DNA from: Pseudomonadota bacterium
GTDB taxonomy: Bacteria > Bdellovibrionota_B > Oligoflexia > Oligoflexales > CAIYRB01
Assembly (NCBI GenBank): GCA_031416315.1
Contig: JANOTL010000132.1
Location: 16,231-80,230, forward strand
Reading direction: 5' to 3'
DNA length: 64,000 nucleotides
Part shown: positions 55,383 to 64,000 of the stretch, piece by piece
Layout: each line of letters opens with the position of its first letter
How positions within the stretch are numbered: position 1 is the stretch's first letter
Position numbers and translations under genes: made by a program
The notes under the pieces: generated by a model
What the model was told of the DNA's origin: nothing
The model's input: only the letters and a program-made list of their open reading frames with translations
The model's database searches: none

Positions 55383-56282
55383 ATGGCCAAACGAAGCTTT
55401 CCCATCGCCGTCCTCGTCGCCGCCGCTTTCACCGCGGCGTGCAACCAGCAGACGATCGACGGCGCCGAGGCGTCGACGGGCGTCGAGGACGAAGCGCCCG
55501 AGATCATGCCGGGTCTTGGCGGAATCGCCAGCAGCAACGCGAAAGCGTTCACGGCCGTCAGCGTCGGGGCCCCTGAGCCCTCATCTGTCATGATCGTCCG
55601 CGACGAGGACGTCCTCCGCGTCACCTCCGTCCGCAGTGAGCACGCGGTCTCGATCGCGGCGCAGCACGCCGAGGACGACGACGTCGCCTCGGCGATGGGC
55701 TTCGGCCTCGACGAAGACCTCGCGTTCGGTCGCGACGGCATCGTGACGCTCACCATCATCGACGCCGAAAGCGGCGAGCTGGTCGCGGCGCAAACGGAGA
55801 GAGCGCTCACGCGCGAGCCGGTCTCGGTCGTCGTCGAGGCTCGCGAAATCATCGCAATCGTCGAGGACTCCGAGGCGAGCGGCACGCTCGATGTCGTCAT
55901 CACCATTCTCGATAAGGGCGGCACGCAGCGCGTCGAACGGCACAGCTTGAAACTGCCCGAAGATCTTGGCGACGCCGGCGAGGTCAGGATCGCCGTCGAC
56001 GCGGCGGAAGGGGAGGCGATCGTCGCTAAGGTCGGGGATACGTATGCGTTCTCCTTCGAGCTCGCCGATGCCGCGATGCGCGCGGCACAGACCGAGATCG
56101 AGGCGAAGAAGACGGCGCGCGACGCACTCCGGGTCGAGCGTCGTCGGGCCGGGAACGCCACTTTGACCGAGAGAATCGCCTGGGCAGCGGCGGAGCTGAA
56201 GACCCTGCGTACGGCCTTTGCGGCGAGAGTCGCGACGCTGTCTGCGTCCTCCGTGCCGGATGTCTCGCCCCCGCCCCCGTGA
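55383..56282 (+). CDS. Hypothetical lipoprotein with C-terminal coiled coil
   Basis: MAKRSF...FTAAC lipobox. Confidence 0.7.
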   Translation: MAKRSFPIAVLVAAAFTAACNQQTIDGAEASTGVEDEAPEIMPGLGGIASSNAKAFTAVSVGAPEPSSVMIVRDEDVLRVTSVRSEHAVSIAAQHAEDDDVASAMGFGLDEDLAFGRDGIVTLTIIDAESGELVAAQTERALTREPVSVVVEAREIIAIVEDSEASGTLDVVITILDKGGTQRVERHSLKLPEDLGDAGEVRIAVDAAEGEAIVAKVGDTYAFSFELADAAMRAAQTEIEAKKTARDALRVERRRAGNATLTERIAWAAAELKTLRTAFAARVATLSASSVPDVSPPPP

Positions 56283-56406
56283 CCTCGTCCATCGTCCGTG
56301 CTAAGCACGCCGGACGGAGGCCAAAGACCTAAAATCATTGACAAACACGTGGTTTCGACGACCCCCGCCAATTCAGCAAGCCGCTGGATTCTGCCGACGC
56401 ATCGGC

Positions 56407-58053
56407 ATGCGTCCCGTCTCCTACTACGAAGAGCACTGTGATTCGAAGGACATCCGTCCTTGGGTCGCGCTCGTCATTCTGCTCGCGATCTTCGGCTTCA
56501 CGCTCGCCTACGCCAGCAACCCCGACGCGTTCGCGAGTCCGAAGGCGATGCTGGCGAAGCTGCCTAGCTTGCCTTCGGTCTCGCTGCCGCGCATCGCCTT
56601 TCTGCCGCAATCCACGCAGAAGAAGCGGGCGAATTTCGCCAACCGAGTCGTCATCGGCGCGCTCGCCGGCGCCGTCCCGATACCGTTCCCCGAGCTGACG
56701 ACCGACGCCTACTGGGTCGACCCGGAATCCGTCGGGGAGCCTTACGGCCATAAAGTGCGCGGGCTCCTGACCTTCCGCGGCAACCCGACGCGCACGTACT
56801 ACGGCGAAGGTCCCGTGCCGCAAAAGCCTCAGATTGCTTGGCGCTATCCGCGCAAGCGCATGTGCGCGATGTCGGCCGATCGCGGCGTCTCTTACGAATG
56901 GTGCGGAACCGGCTGGACGGGTCAGCCCGCCGTTTTCGAGCGCGAGGGCAGAACCTGGGTCGTCTTCGGAGCCTACGACAAGGGCGTGCACTTCGTGGAC
57001 GCCGACACCGGAAAAGACATCATGCCGGCTTTCAAGACTGGCGACATCATCAAGGGCTCGGTCACGATCGACCCCGACGGCTTTCCTATCGTTTACTCGG
57101 GCTCACGCGACGGGTATTTCCGTGCCATCGCTTTCGACGGCAAGAAGCCGCGCGAGCTCTGGCGCCTTTCCGCGCACGCCGTCTCGCCGACGCTTTGGAA
57201 CAACGACTGGGACGGCTCCGGCCTCGTCCTCGACGACCACCTGTTCATCGGCGGCGAGAACTCCCAGTTCCACGTCGCCAAGCTGAACCGAGGCTATGAC
57301 GACCAAGGCCGCGTCACGGTAAAGCCGGAGCTGGTCTTTCACACGCCAGGGTGGGACCAGGAGCTTCTGACTGCGATCGGTGACCAAGAGGTCTCGATCG
57401 AGAACAGCGTTGCGGTGCACGGCAACAAGGTGTTTTTCGCCAACTCGGGCGGCCTGGCGCAAGCCTGGGATCTCGCGGGACTGCGCACGGGCGCCATCCC
57501 GAAGCGAGCGTTCCGCTTCTGGACCGGCGACGACACGGACGCCAGCGTCGTGGTCGACAAATCCGGTCACCTCTATGTCGCTTCCGAGTGGGAGCGCCGC
57601 AACGCGCGTGCAAAGAAAATTGGTCAGATCATGAAGCTCGATCCCAACGCGGTGGGCAAAGTCTCGCCGATCAAGTGGTCCCTCCCCGATCAGAAGGGCG
57701 CGAAATCCGGGATGTGGGCGACGCCCGCGATCTATCAGGACCTCATCGTGGCCGCGACGCACTCGGGGCGCATCATGGGGATTGGCAAGGACAAGGCCGA
57801 CATGCGTTGGACGATGGAGCTCGGCGAAAAGACTTGGCAGTCGCCGGTCGTCGTAGACGGCGTCTTGATTCAGGGCGACTGCTCGGGCAAGCTTCGCGGC
57901 TACGACATCAAAGACACGCGGGCGGCGCCGAAAAAAGTCTGGGAAATTCAGCTTCCCGGGTGCATCGAGTCAACGCCGGCCGTCTGGAACGGCCGCATCT
58001 ACGTCGGCACGCGCGACGGGTATTTCTATGCGCTGAGCGATCTCGGCCTTTAG
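56407..58053 (+). CDS. Membrane-anchored PQQ-like/BamB-type beta-propeller protein
   Basis: TM; TFRGNPTR, WTGQP, WATPA, WQSPVV, IESTPAV...IYVGTRDG. Confidence 0.8.
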   Translation: MRPVSYYEEHCDSKDIRPWVALVILLAIFGFTLAYASNPDAFASPKAMLAKLPSLPSVSLPRIAFLPQSTQKKRANFANRVVIGALAGAVPIPFPELTTDAYWVDPESVGEPYGHKVRGLLTFRGNPTRTYYGEGPVPQKPQIAWRYPRKRMCAMSADRGVSYEWCGTGWTGQPAVFEREGRTWVVFGAYDKGVHFVDADTGKDIMPAFKTGDIIKGSVTIDPDGFPIVYSGSRDGYFRAIAFDGKKPRELWRLSAHAVSPTLWNNDWDGSGLVLDDHLFIGGENSQFHVAKLNRGYDDQGRVTVKPELVFHTPGWDQELLTAIGDQEVSIENSVAVHGNKVFFANSGGLAQAWDLAGLRTGAIPKRAFRFWTGDDTDASVVVDKSGHLYVASEWERRNARAKKIGQIMKLDPNAVGKVSPIKWSLPDQKGAKSGMWATPAIYQDLIVAATHSGRIMGIGKDKADMRWTMELGEKTWQSPVVVDGVLIQGDCSGKLRGYDIKDTRAAPKKVWEIQLPGCIESTPAVWNGRIYVGTRDGYFYALSDLGL

Positions 58054-58641
58054 CCGCGCCTTGACGCCCTCAATCGGGACACGCTTTCCAAGAAGACGCG
58101 ACATCGACGTAACGCTGCGCCCCGCGATGCCGCAGGGCGTGATCAGCGAGAAGAGCTCGAGATCGTTGTCGACGTTCAGGGCAATACCGTGGAAGCTGGC
58201 GCGCTCTTGGACGCGGAGCCCGACGGCGCAGATCTTCTCGCGGCCGACCCAAACGCCAGGGTGCACGGAATCCGTGCTCGCTTCGATGCCAAACGAAGCG
58301 AGCGTCGCGATCACGGCGCTCTCCAGCTTCTCGACCAGGCGCTTTGGCATGAGCTTGAAAGCGGCGAGGAGGAGAACGGGGTAACACACCAGCTGCCCCG
58401 GCTCGTGAGCGGTCACTTCTCCGCCGCGCTCGACCGCGACGACCGGGACGTGAGCCGGCATCAGCAGATGCTTCGGGTCGGCGTGCCGTCCTAGGGTCAG
58501 AACCCTCGGATGCTCGACGAACAGCACTGTGCTGTCGGTCGCGCCGCGCGCCACGTCCGCATGCAAAGCCCGCATGAGCTCCAAGCACTCTCGGTACTCG
58601 ACGAGCCCGAGATCGCGGAATTTCAGCGCCGCGTCTGACAC
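57970..58641 (-). CDS. lipB: Lipoyl(octanoyl) transferase
   Basis: EHPRVLTLGR, RGGEVTAHEPGQLV.YP, KICAVG, HGIALN, PCG. Confidence 0.94.
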   Translation of the reverse strand: MSDAALKFRDLGLVEYRECLELMRALHADVARGATDSTVLFVEHPRVLTLGRHADPKHLLMPAHVPVVAVERGGEVTAHEPGQLVCYPVLLLAAFKLMPKRLVEKLESAVIATLASFGIEASTDSVHPGVWVGREKICAVGLRVQERASFHGIALNVDNDLELFSLITPCGIAGRSVTSMSRLLGKRVPIEGVKARLKAEIAQRIEIPVARADVDAAVPDGRR

Positions 58642-59252
58642 AAGAATTCTGCAGCCTCGATGTAGCTCAACGCTTCCATCGGCGTTTTGCCCCACGCGTA
58701 GACCCCGTGAGTCGCGAGCACGACCATTTGCACTTTACGGTCGATGAAGGGCGCAATGCCGTCGGCCAAAGCCGGCATCTCTTGCGGGGTCGGGTTCTTC
58801 ACGACCGGGATGACACACTTCTCGAGGTGGTCTTTGGAGCCGAGGTGCTTCTGCATCTCGTCGCCTTGGAACTCGATCGGCTTGCCGCTCCGGCTCAAAG
58901 CGACGAGGTTCGGGGAATGTGTGTGCACGACCGCCATCGCCTCGGGGACGGCGCGGAAGATGCCGATGTGGACCGGCATTTCTTGCGACGGGCGGAGCTT
59001 CTCCGGCGTGACGAGCTGCATCGTCGCGAGCTCGACCGGAATGAAGAGGGTCGGGTCCAGCGCGCCCTTATTGAGCCCGGTCGGGCTCTGCCAGATGATG
59101 CCGTTCTGGCCGCGCAGCGAGAAGTTGCCGGCAGTGCCCCACGACCAGCCGCGGTCGTAGCAAGACTTGGCGCAGCGCACGAGCTCCCGAAGGAGGACCT
59201 TCTCGAGCGCGGTCGGTTTCGGAAACGGGTTCTGGGTCGCGGTTTTCATCAT
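58623..59252 (-). CDS. mtnB: Methylthioribulose-1-phosphate dehydratase (class II aldolase family)
   Basis: GTAGNFS, PSQEMPVH, HTHS, HGVYAWG. Confidence 0.82.
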   Translation of the reverse strand: MMKTATQNPFPKPTALEKVLLRELVRCAKSCYDRGWSWGTAGNFSLRGQNGIIWQSPTGLNKGALDPTLFIPVELATMQLVTPEKLRPSQEMPVHIGIFRAVPEAMAVVHTHSPNLVALSRSGKPIEFQGDEMQKHLGSKDHLEKCVIPVVKNPTPQEMPALADGIAPFIDRKVQMVVLATHGVYAWGKTPMEALSYIEAAEFLCQTRR

Positions 59253-59272
59253 AGGCCGCGGTTTTATCGGGA

Positions 59273-59908
59273 TCAGCCGCCGATGTCAAAGAGCGACGGG
59301 TCGCCGGCGCCACGTCGCACGAGCTCCGGGGCGCCGGAGGTGAGGTCGATGATCGTCGACTCCAAACCCTTTAATTCATTGCCTAAATCCAGGACGAGCT
59401 CGACGCCGTGGCCGAAGGACTCATGCACCTCGTAGCCGAAATGCGGCGGCAGCTCGCCCTCGCGAAGGGGCGGAACGCCGGTGGTCGCCAAGGGCCGGCC
59501 GAGCTTCTCGACGATCGCCAGCACCAACGGGCAAGCGGGGATGCGCATGCCGACGACCCGGCGCTTGTCTTTCAGCTGACGCGGAAAGTTGCGGTTAGCC
59601 GTGAGGAGAACGGTGAAAGCGCCTGGCCAAGCTTTCTTCAGAAGGCGATATGCGACACTGTCTATGTTTACATACTCGGACGCCATGGCGATCGAGCTGA
59701 CGACGAGGCTGAACGGGCGATCTCGGGGATGCGACGGCTTCAGCTGGTGGATGCGATCCATGGCCTTCGTGCTTTTTGCATCGCAGCCGAACGCCCAGTT
59801 GACGTCGGTTGGGTAGGCGACGATGCCATCGTTCTCTAGCACCCGTACGACGCGCGCGATGTCGCGCTCCGAAGGTGGGTCGTCATAGGTGTAGAGGAGG
59901 TCGCCCAC
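59273..59908 (-). CDS. Sua5/YciO/YrdC family protein (YciO-like)
   Basis: AYPTD, PGAFT, VGMRIP, STIIDL, RRGAGD. Confidence 0.9.
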   Translation of the reverse strand: MGDLLYTYDDPPSERDIARVVRVLENDGIVAYPTDVNWAFGCDAKSTKAMDRIHQLKPSHPRDRPFSLVVSSIAMASEYVNIDSVAYRLLKKAWPGAFTVLLTANRNFPRQLKDKRRVVGMRIPACPLVLAIVEKLGRPLATTGVPPLREGELPPHFGYEVHESFGHGVELVLDLGNELKGLESTIIDLTSGAPELVRRGAGDPSLFDIGG

Positions 59909-59927
59909 GCTCGCCTTTCGCGGAATC

Positions 59928-60500
59928 TCAGGGTTTCGCCGATCGGATCAGGCTCAGGAACTCGTTGCGCGTCTCGGGCTTTTGGAACTGGCCCAGCATC
60001 GAGCTCGTCATCGTGAAAGAGTTCTGCTTCCCCACCCCGCGCATCATCATGCACAGGTGATAGGCCTCGACGACGACCCCGACGCCGATCGGGTTCAAGA
60101 CCTCGGAGATCGACTTGGCGATCTGGTGCGTGAGCCGCTCCTGCACCTGCAAACGGCGCGCGAAGATATCGACGACACGTGGGAGCTTCGACAGGCCCAC
60201 GACCTTGTTTCGCGGGATGTAGCCGACGTGGCAGCGCCCGTAAAAGGGAAGCATGTGATGCTCACAAAGGCTGTACACCTCGATGTCGCGAACGATGACC
60301 ATGTCCTGGTAGTCGACATCAAAGAGGGCGCCCTTTAGGACCTGCGCGACGTCTTCGTTGTAGCCAGAGGTGAGGTACTTCAAGGACTCGACGACGCGGT
60401 TCGGCGTCTTCAGCAGACCGTCGCGGGCGGGGTCCTCGCCCAGGTCTTTGAAGAGCTCTCGGTAATGTTGCTCGTGCCGCTCTTGGCGCTCTTTTTCCAT
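59928..60500 (-). CDS. folE: GTP cyclohydrolase I
   Basis: [39 protein letters not shown]. Confidence 0.97.
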   Translation of the reverse strand: MEKERQERHEQHYRELFKDLGEDPARDGLLKTPNRVVESLKYLTSGYNEDVAQVLKGALFDVDYQDMVIVRDIEVYSLCEHHMLPFYGRCHVGYIPRNKVVGLSKLPRVVDIFARRLQVQERLTHQIAKSISEVLNPIGVGVVVEAYHLCMMMRGVGKQNSFTMTSSMLGQFQKPETRNEFLSLIRSAKP

Positions 60501-60560
60501 ACGGATCCCTTCGCTTTTCGGGTACTCCTTCTTAAGCGACCACAGCGCGGGAGGCAACCG

Positions 60561-61025
60561 ATGCGGGCCGTATTGCAGCGAGTTAGCCGCGCTAGCGTCA
60601 CCGTAGGCGCGGCGCAAGGAAGCCCCGAGGTCACTGGAGCGATCGCGCGAGGCTGGCTCGTCCTGCTCGGCGTCGGGCAGGGGGACCTGCCACAGGACGC
60701 CGCCTACTTGGCGGACAAGACCCTGAACCTACGTGCCTTCCCGGACGCAGAAGGCAAAATGAACCTGAGCGTGCTCGACGTGCAGGGAGAACTCCTAGCC
60801 GTCAGCCAGTTCACCCTCTACGGCGACTGCCGTCAGGGCCGACGCCCTGGCTTCTCCGATGCGGCGGTGCCGGCCCTCGCGCAAGAGCTTTACGAGGTCT
60901 TCGTCGCCAAGCTCCGCGCTTCCGGCTTGAAAGTGGGGACCGGGAAGTTCCAAAATCACATGGACGTCGAGCTGCTCAACGACGGCCCCGTGACCTTCCT
61001 TCTCGACAGTAGGAAAAGTTTTTGA
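60561..61025 (+). CDS. dtd: D-aminoacyl-tRNA deacylase
   Basis: [19 protein letters not shown]. Confidence 0.96.
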   Translation: MRAVLQRVSRASVTVGAAQGSPEVTGAIARGWLVLLGVGQGDLPQDAAYLADKTLNLRAFPDAEGKMNLSVLDVQGELLAVSQFTLYGDCRQGRRPGFSDAAVPALAQELYEVFVAKLRASGLKVGTGKFQNHMDVELLNDGPVTFLLDSRKSF

Positions 61026-61030
61026 CCATA

Positions 61031-61345
61031 ATGCGCCTCGTTTACGTCACGACGCCGGACGTTTCTGCCGCAAAGGCGATCGGCCGCGTATTGGTCGAGG
61101 AGCGCCTGGCGGCCTGCATCAATGTGCTGCCGCAGATGAGCTCGATCTATCGATGGCAAGGCAAGATCGAGGAAGCGGAAGAAGCGGTGCTGATCGTGAA
61201 GACGACGGCGGAGCGCGTGACCGACGTCATTGCGCGGGTCAAAGCGTTGCATACGTACGAGGTCCCCTGCGCGATCTCGATCCCTGTGCTGGCGGGAAAC
61301 CAGGACTACCTTTCATGGATCGGAGGTAACGTTGCGCCCTCTTGA
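61031..61345 (+). CDS. cutA: Divalent-cation tolerance protein CutA
   Basis: LAACIN, SIYRWQG, HTYEVP. Confidence 0.93.
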   Translation: MRLVYVTTPDVSAAKAIGRVLVEERLAACINVLPQMSSIYRWQGKIEEAEEAVLIVKTTAERVTDVIARVKALHTYEVPCAISIPVLAGNQDYLSWIGGNVAPS

Positions 61346-61934
61346 GCGTCTGGAGAAATGGGTCGACGCCCATGTTCGTGACGAGCTCGAAGCTCTCGGG
61401 TTCAAGGGATCTAAGGGCGGACGCGAGTTCAGCCGCAAGCACGGGCCGAAGGACGGCTTCACGGCGACGTTCTCGCTGTCGGTGTCGAAGTACAGCGACG
61501 CCGACGGCGTCGACTTCTGGACCATGTGGGCCGTCGAATCCAATGGTTATGGTAAGTGGCACTTCCTGCGCTACGGCGAGAAGCCGGTGAACGTCGCCAT
61601 CGCCTCGACCTACTTCCCGCATCACTTCGAGCTGCGCGACGTAACGGACCAAGTCGAGCTCGGACGCGAGTTCATGCGTCAAGTGGTGGAGGAAGGGCTC
61701 GCCTTTTTCGCGAGCATCTCGAGCTACGCCGACGCTGCGAAGACGCTGCGTGCAGGGCGCCTGCAGTGGGACAAGGCGATCGACTTCTATCTGCTCGCAA
61801 AAGAGCCGGAGCTGGCGCGCGCGACGGCCGCCGAAGCCCTGGCGACGCTCGCCGAAAAACCGTCGCAAATCGTCGGAATGGAGCTGCAGGTCGCGAAGCG
61901 CCGGCCGCTCGTCGACCTGCTTTTGCCGCTCTAG
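61332..61934 (+). CDS. Hypothetical protein, DUF4304-like
   Basis: GGAGGT SD before TTG; L..LGFKG...F.R. Confidence 0.55.
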   Translation: MRPLERLEKWVDAHVRDELEALGFKGSKGGREFSRKHGPKDGFTATFSLSVSKYSDADGVDFWTMWAVESNGYGKWHFLRYGEKPVNVAIASTYFPHHFELRDVTDQVELGREFMRQVVEEGLAFFASISSYADAAKTLRAGRLQWDKAIDFYLLAKEPELARATAAEALATLAEKPSQIVGMELQVAKRRPLVDLLLPL

Positions 61935-61987
61935 AATACCGCCATGCTATCATCACTAGCACACCCCCGATTTCCGGAGTGCCCCCG

Positions 61988-63280
61988 ATGAAGCTTTTCG
62001 CTATGATTATAGCCGCCGCGCTGGTGTCGGTATCGGCATGCAAGAAAAACGCTCCGCCGACCTCGACCGTGAAGAGTGACGACGGCGTCAGCGCGAGCGC
62101 CGCTCCTTCGGTCTTGCCTTGCGCTCCTGAAGAGGAAGAAGGCGCTAACTGCGAGACGCCGACGGAGGTCAACCGGAGCGACGTGCTCTCCCTCTCTTCA
62201 GAGTCCGAGGAAGAATATAACGTCGAGGAAGCCGACGACCAGGACGCTGAGGATCCGAGCGACGAGATGCAGGAGTTCTCAACGGAGCTCGACGGCCTCA
62301 TGGCCGGCGACGGGCCGTCTAACCGCGATCCCAGCACGGGGATGGCGCTGACGGCCGGCTGCGTCAAGTACACGCTCGACGCGTTCTACACGATGGATTG
62401 CGCATACCCGCAGCCGAACGGGAAGTACGACCCGCCGAAGGCGTTTCTGTACCGCCGCACGAAGGTCTTCGCCGGGACTGCCGGAGCCGCCTGCGTTGCG
62501 GAGCGCAACGCTTTCGCGGCCAATTTCAACAAGCTCGTGCAGCAATCGCAGAAAAACTGGATTCTAGACAACGGAACGAACCAGGCCGATTGCGCGAGCC
62601 GCAAGAGCTACCAGGTCAAGTACGTCGATCCGAAGACCAAGAAGCAAGCGACCCGTACGGTCTATACGCAGTGGAAGCCGAGGCCGAACTCGTTTCGGTA
62701 CGCAAAGTTCTCGAACGGCAACACCAACAACTGCGCCTGCTGGCCCACACCGCCACCGCCGCCCAAGAAGCGCGTCGTCGTCGTGAAGGCGCCGACGGCG
62801 GCAGCGAAGACGGCTTCCAACACCAACACGCCGGCGAAGCCAAGGCCGAGCGGGTCAACGCCAGCCAATCCCCCGACGACAAAACCCGCCACGTCCGAAG
62901 AGAAAGCGGAGCCGAAAGCAGAGACCATGGACGGCTCCATCGGCGTGACGGTCGTCGCGGACGACGGCGCTTCTTCCCCGAGCGCGACGTACGGCGCCAA
63001 CGCCAAAATCACGGTCACGGCCTCGACCAGCGGCGACGGCTTCTTCGGCGAGAAAGAAGCCCGGGCCGCGAAGAGCGGCGTCGAAGGCGCGGTCTTCGTG
63101 ATTCCGGGCGTCACGGCTGGACTTTCGGTCGATGCCACGGTCACGGTCGAGAACGACGGAAAGCTCGTCGCCTCGGGCAGCGGCACGACGACCCTCGACT
63201 CCATGGGAATGGGCGAACTCAAAGTCACGCTGAAGAAAGAGTCCGATACGGCGCCTACGAGCGAGGAGCCAGCCCCTTGA
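61988..63280 (+). CDS. Modular hypothetical lipoprotein (acidic region, basic Cys-rich domain, Pro/Thr linker, beta-sandwich)
   Basis: GGAG SD; VSAC lipobox. Confidence 0.72.
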   Translation: MKLFAMIIAAALVSVSACKKNAPPTSTVKSDDGVSASAAPSVLPCAPEEEEGANCETPTEVNRSDVLSLSSESEEEYNVEEADDQDAEDPSDEMQEFSTELDGLMAGDGPSNRDPSTGMALTAGCVKYTLDAFYTMDCAYPQPNGKYDPPKAFLYRRTKVFAGTAGAACVAERNAFAANFNKLVQQSQKNWILDNGTNQADCASRKSYQVKYVDPKTKKQATRTVYTQWKPRPNSFRYAKFSNGNTNNCACWPTPPPPPKKRVVVVKAPTAAAKTASNTNTPAKPRPSGSTPANPPTTKPATSEEKAEPKAETMDGSIGVTVVADDGASSPSATYGANAKITVTASTSGDGFFGEKEARAAKSGVEGAVFVIPGVTAGLSVDATVTVENDGKLVASGSGTTTLDSMGMGELKVTLKKESDTAPTSEEPAP

Positions 63281-64000
63281 CGTAGCTCTCGAGCTCGTTG
63301 AGAAAGAGCGTCGCGTTCTTCGAAAGCGAGTTGCGCTTACGGCAGTGGAAGGCGTTGATCGAATAGGGAATGCGCGGCAGACCGAGGTCGACGCGCTGTA
63401 GGCCTGCACTCCCCTCGAAGCGCAGGAGATAGTCCGGGATGAGGCCGATGCCCATCCCCATCTCGGCAAACCGTTTGACGACGCCCCAGCTGCGGATCTC
63501 CATCAGCAACTGGGGCGGTTTGCCGTGCGCCGCCTCATATTCTCGGCGGAAGGCCGTCGATTCTCGGGTGTGCTCGCCGGGCGTGATGAAGCCCTGGCCT
63601 TCCGCGGCGGCCACGCGCGTCGACTGGACGAGGACGAACTCGCCTTCGTAAATCGGCATCGACATGAACGAGTCGTGCGTCACGTTGTCGACCGAGAGGC
63701 CGAACTCGATTTCACGCATGGTGATCCATCGCTGCACGACATCGGTGGGGGCTAGGCGCAACTTGGGCGCGAGCCGCGGATAGTCCTTCTGCATGCGCGC
63801 CATGAAGCCTGGCAGCATGGTGTGCGCGATGCTTTGCTGGGTTGCGAACACAACGGTTCCGCTATGCGCGGACTTCGAAAAACGCATTTCATCTTCGAGG
63901 CTGTCGACGCCGGCCAGGAGCTTAATGCTCCGGTCGTAGAGCTCGCGGCCCTCGTCCGTAAGCTCGAAGCGGTTGCGCGTGTGCGCCAGGAGCTGAGAAT
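63255..64000 (-). CDS. LysR family transcriptional regulator, 5' end off the window
   Basis: LLAHTRNRFELTDEG (end of HTH region); substrate-binding domain with GMGIGLIP. Confidence 0.9.
   Translation of the reverse strand, partial: SQLLAHTRNRFELTDEGRELYDRSIKLLAGVDSLEDEMRFSKSAHSGTVVFATQQSIAHTMLPGFMARMQKDYPRLAPKLRLAPTDVVQRWITMREIEFGLSVDNVTHDSFMSMPIYEGEFVLVQSTRVAAAEGQGFITPGEHTRESTAFRREYEAAHGKPPQLLMEIRSWGVVKRFAEMGMGIGLIPDYLLRFEGSAGLQRVDLGLPRIPYSINAFHCRKRNSLSKNATLFLNELESYVKGLAPRS

Noticed and set aside
1197..63469. Many long antisense or alternate-frame ORFs (e.g. 1197-3137, 15851-17611, 26705-28438, 29870-31843, 44147-45436)
   Set aside because: Shadows of real genes in high-GC DNA; Arg/Gly/Ala-rich or mirror-codon translations with no motifs

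Overview
High-GC (about two-thirds GC by eye), very compact bacterial chromosome segment. Gene content suggests a Bdellovibrionota/Oligoflexia-like or related deltaproteobacterial diderm (inference from Tgl/PilF-like TPR, TIGR03960 radical SAM, PilZ proteins and many orphan lipoproteins). It is mostly housekeeping: tRNA-Ala(GGC), gmhB, cheV, rlmD-like, kynA, rsmA, tsaD, DEAD helicase, topA-smg-dprA, rsgA, plsB, panC, rodZ, ctpA, lipB, mtnB, folE, dtd, cutA. Lineage-specific secreted proteins and lipoproteins are interspersed. I found no CRISPR array, IS, integrase or prophage. The most striking element is a TetR-headed efflux operon. Its AcrB-type RND pump and TolC-type outer-membrane channel are one 1462-aa ORF joined by an internal signal-peptide-like segment (possible cleaved polyprotein), and it is preceded by a miniature 181-aa adaptor with only lipoyl and hairpin domains. 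Other notable items: a probable CUG start codon, an unlisted 47-aa membrane protein in the cheV cluster, a degenerate EEP lipoprotein, a tandem-duplicated STAS-like protein, an orphan short CpaF ATPase, and a ricin-lectin-like remnant beside the tRNA. All family assignments are from motif recognition by eye; no searches were run.
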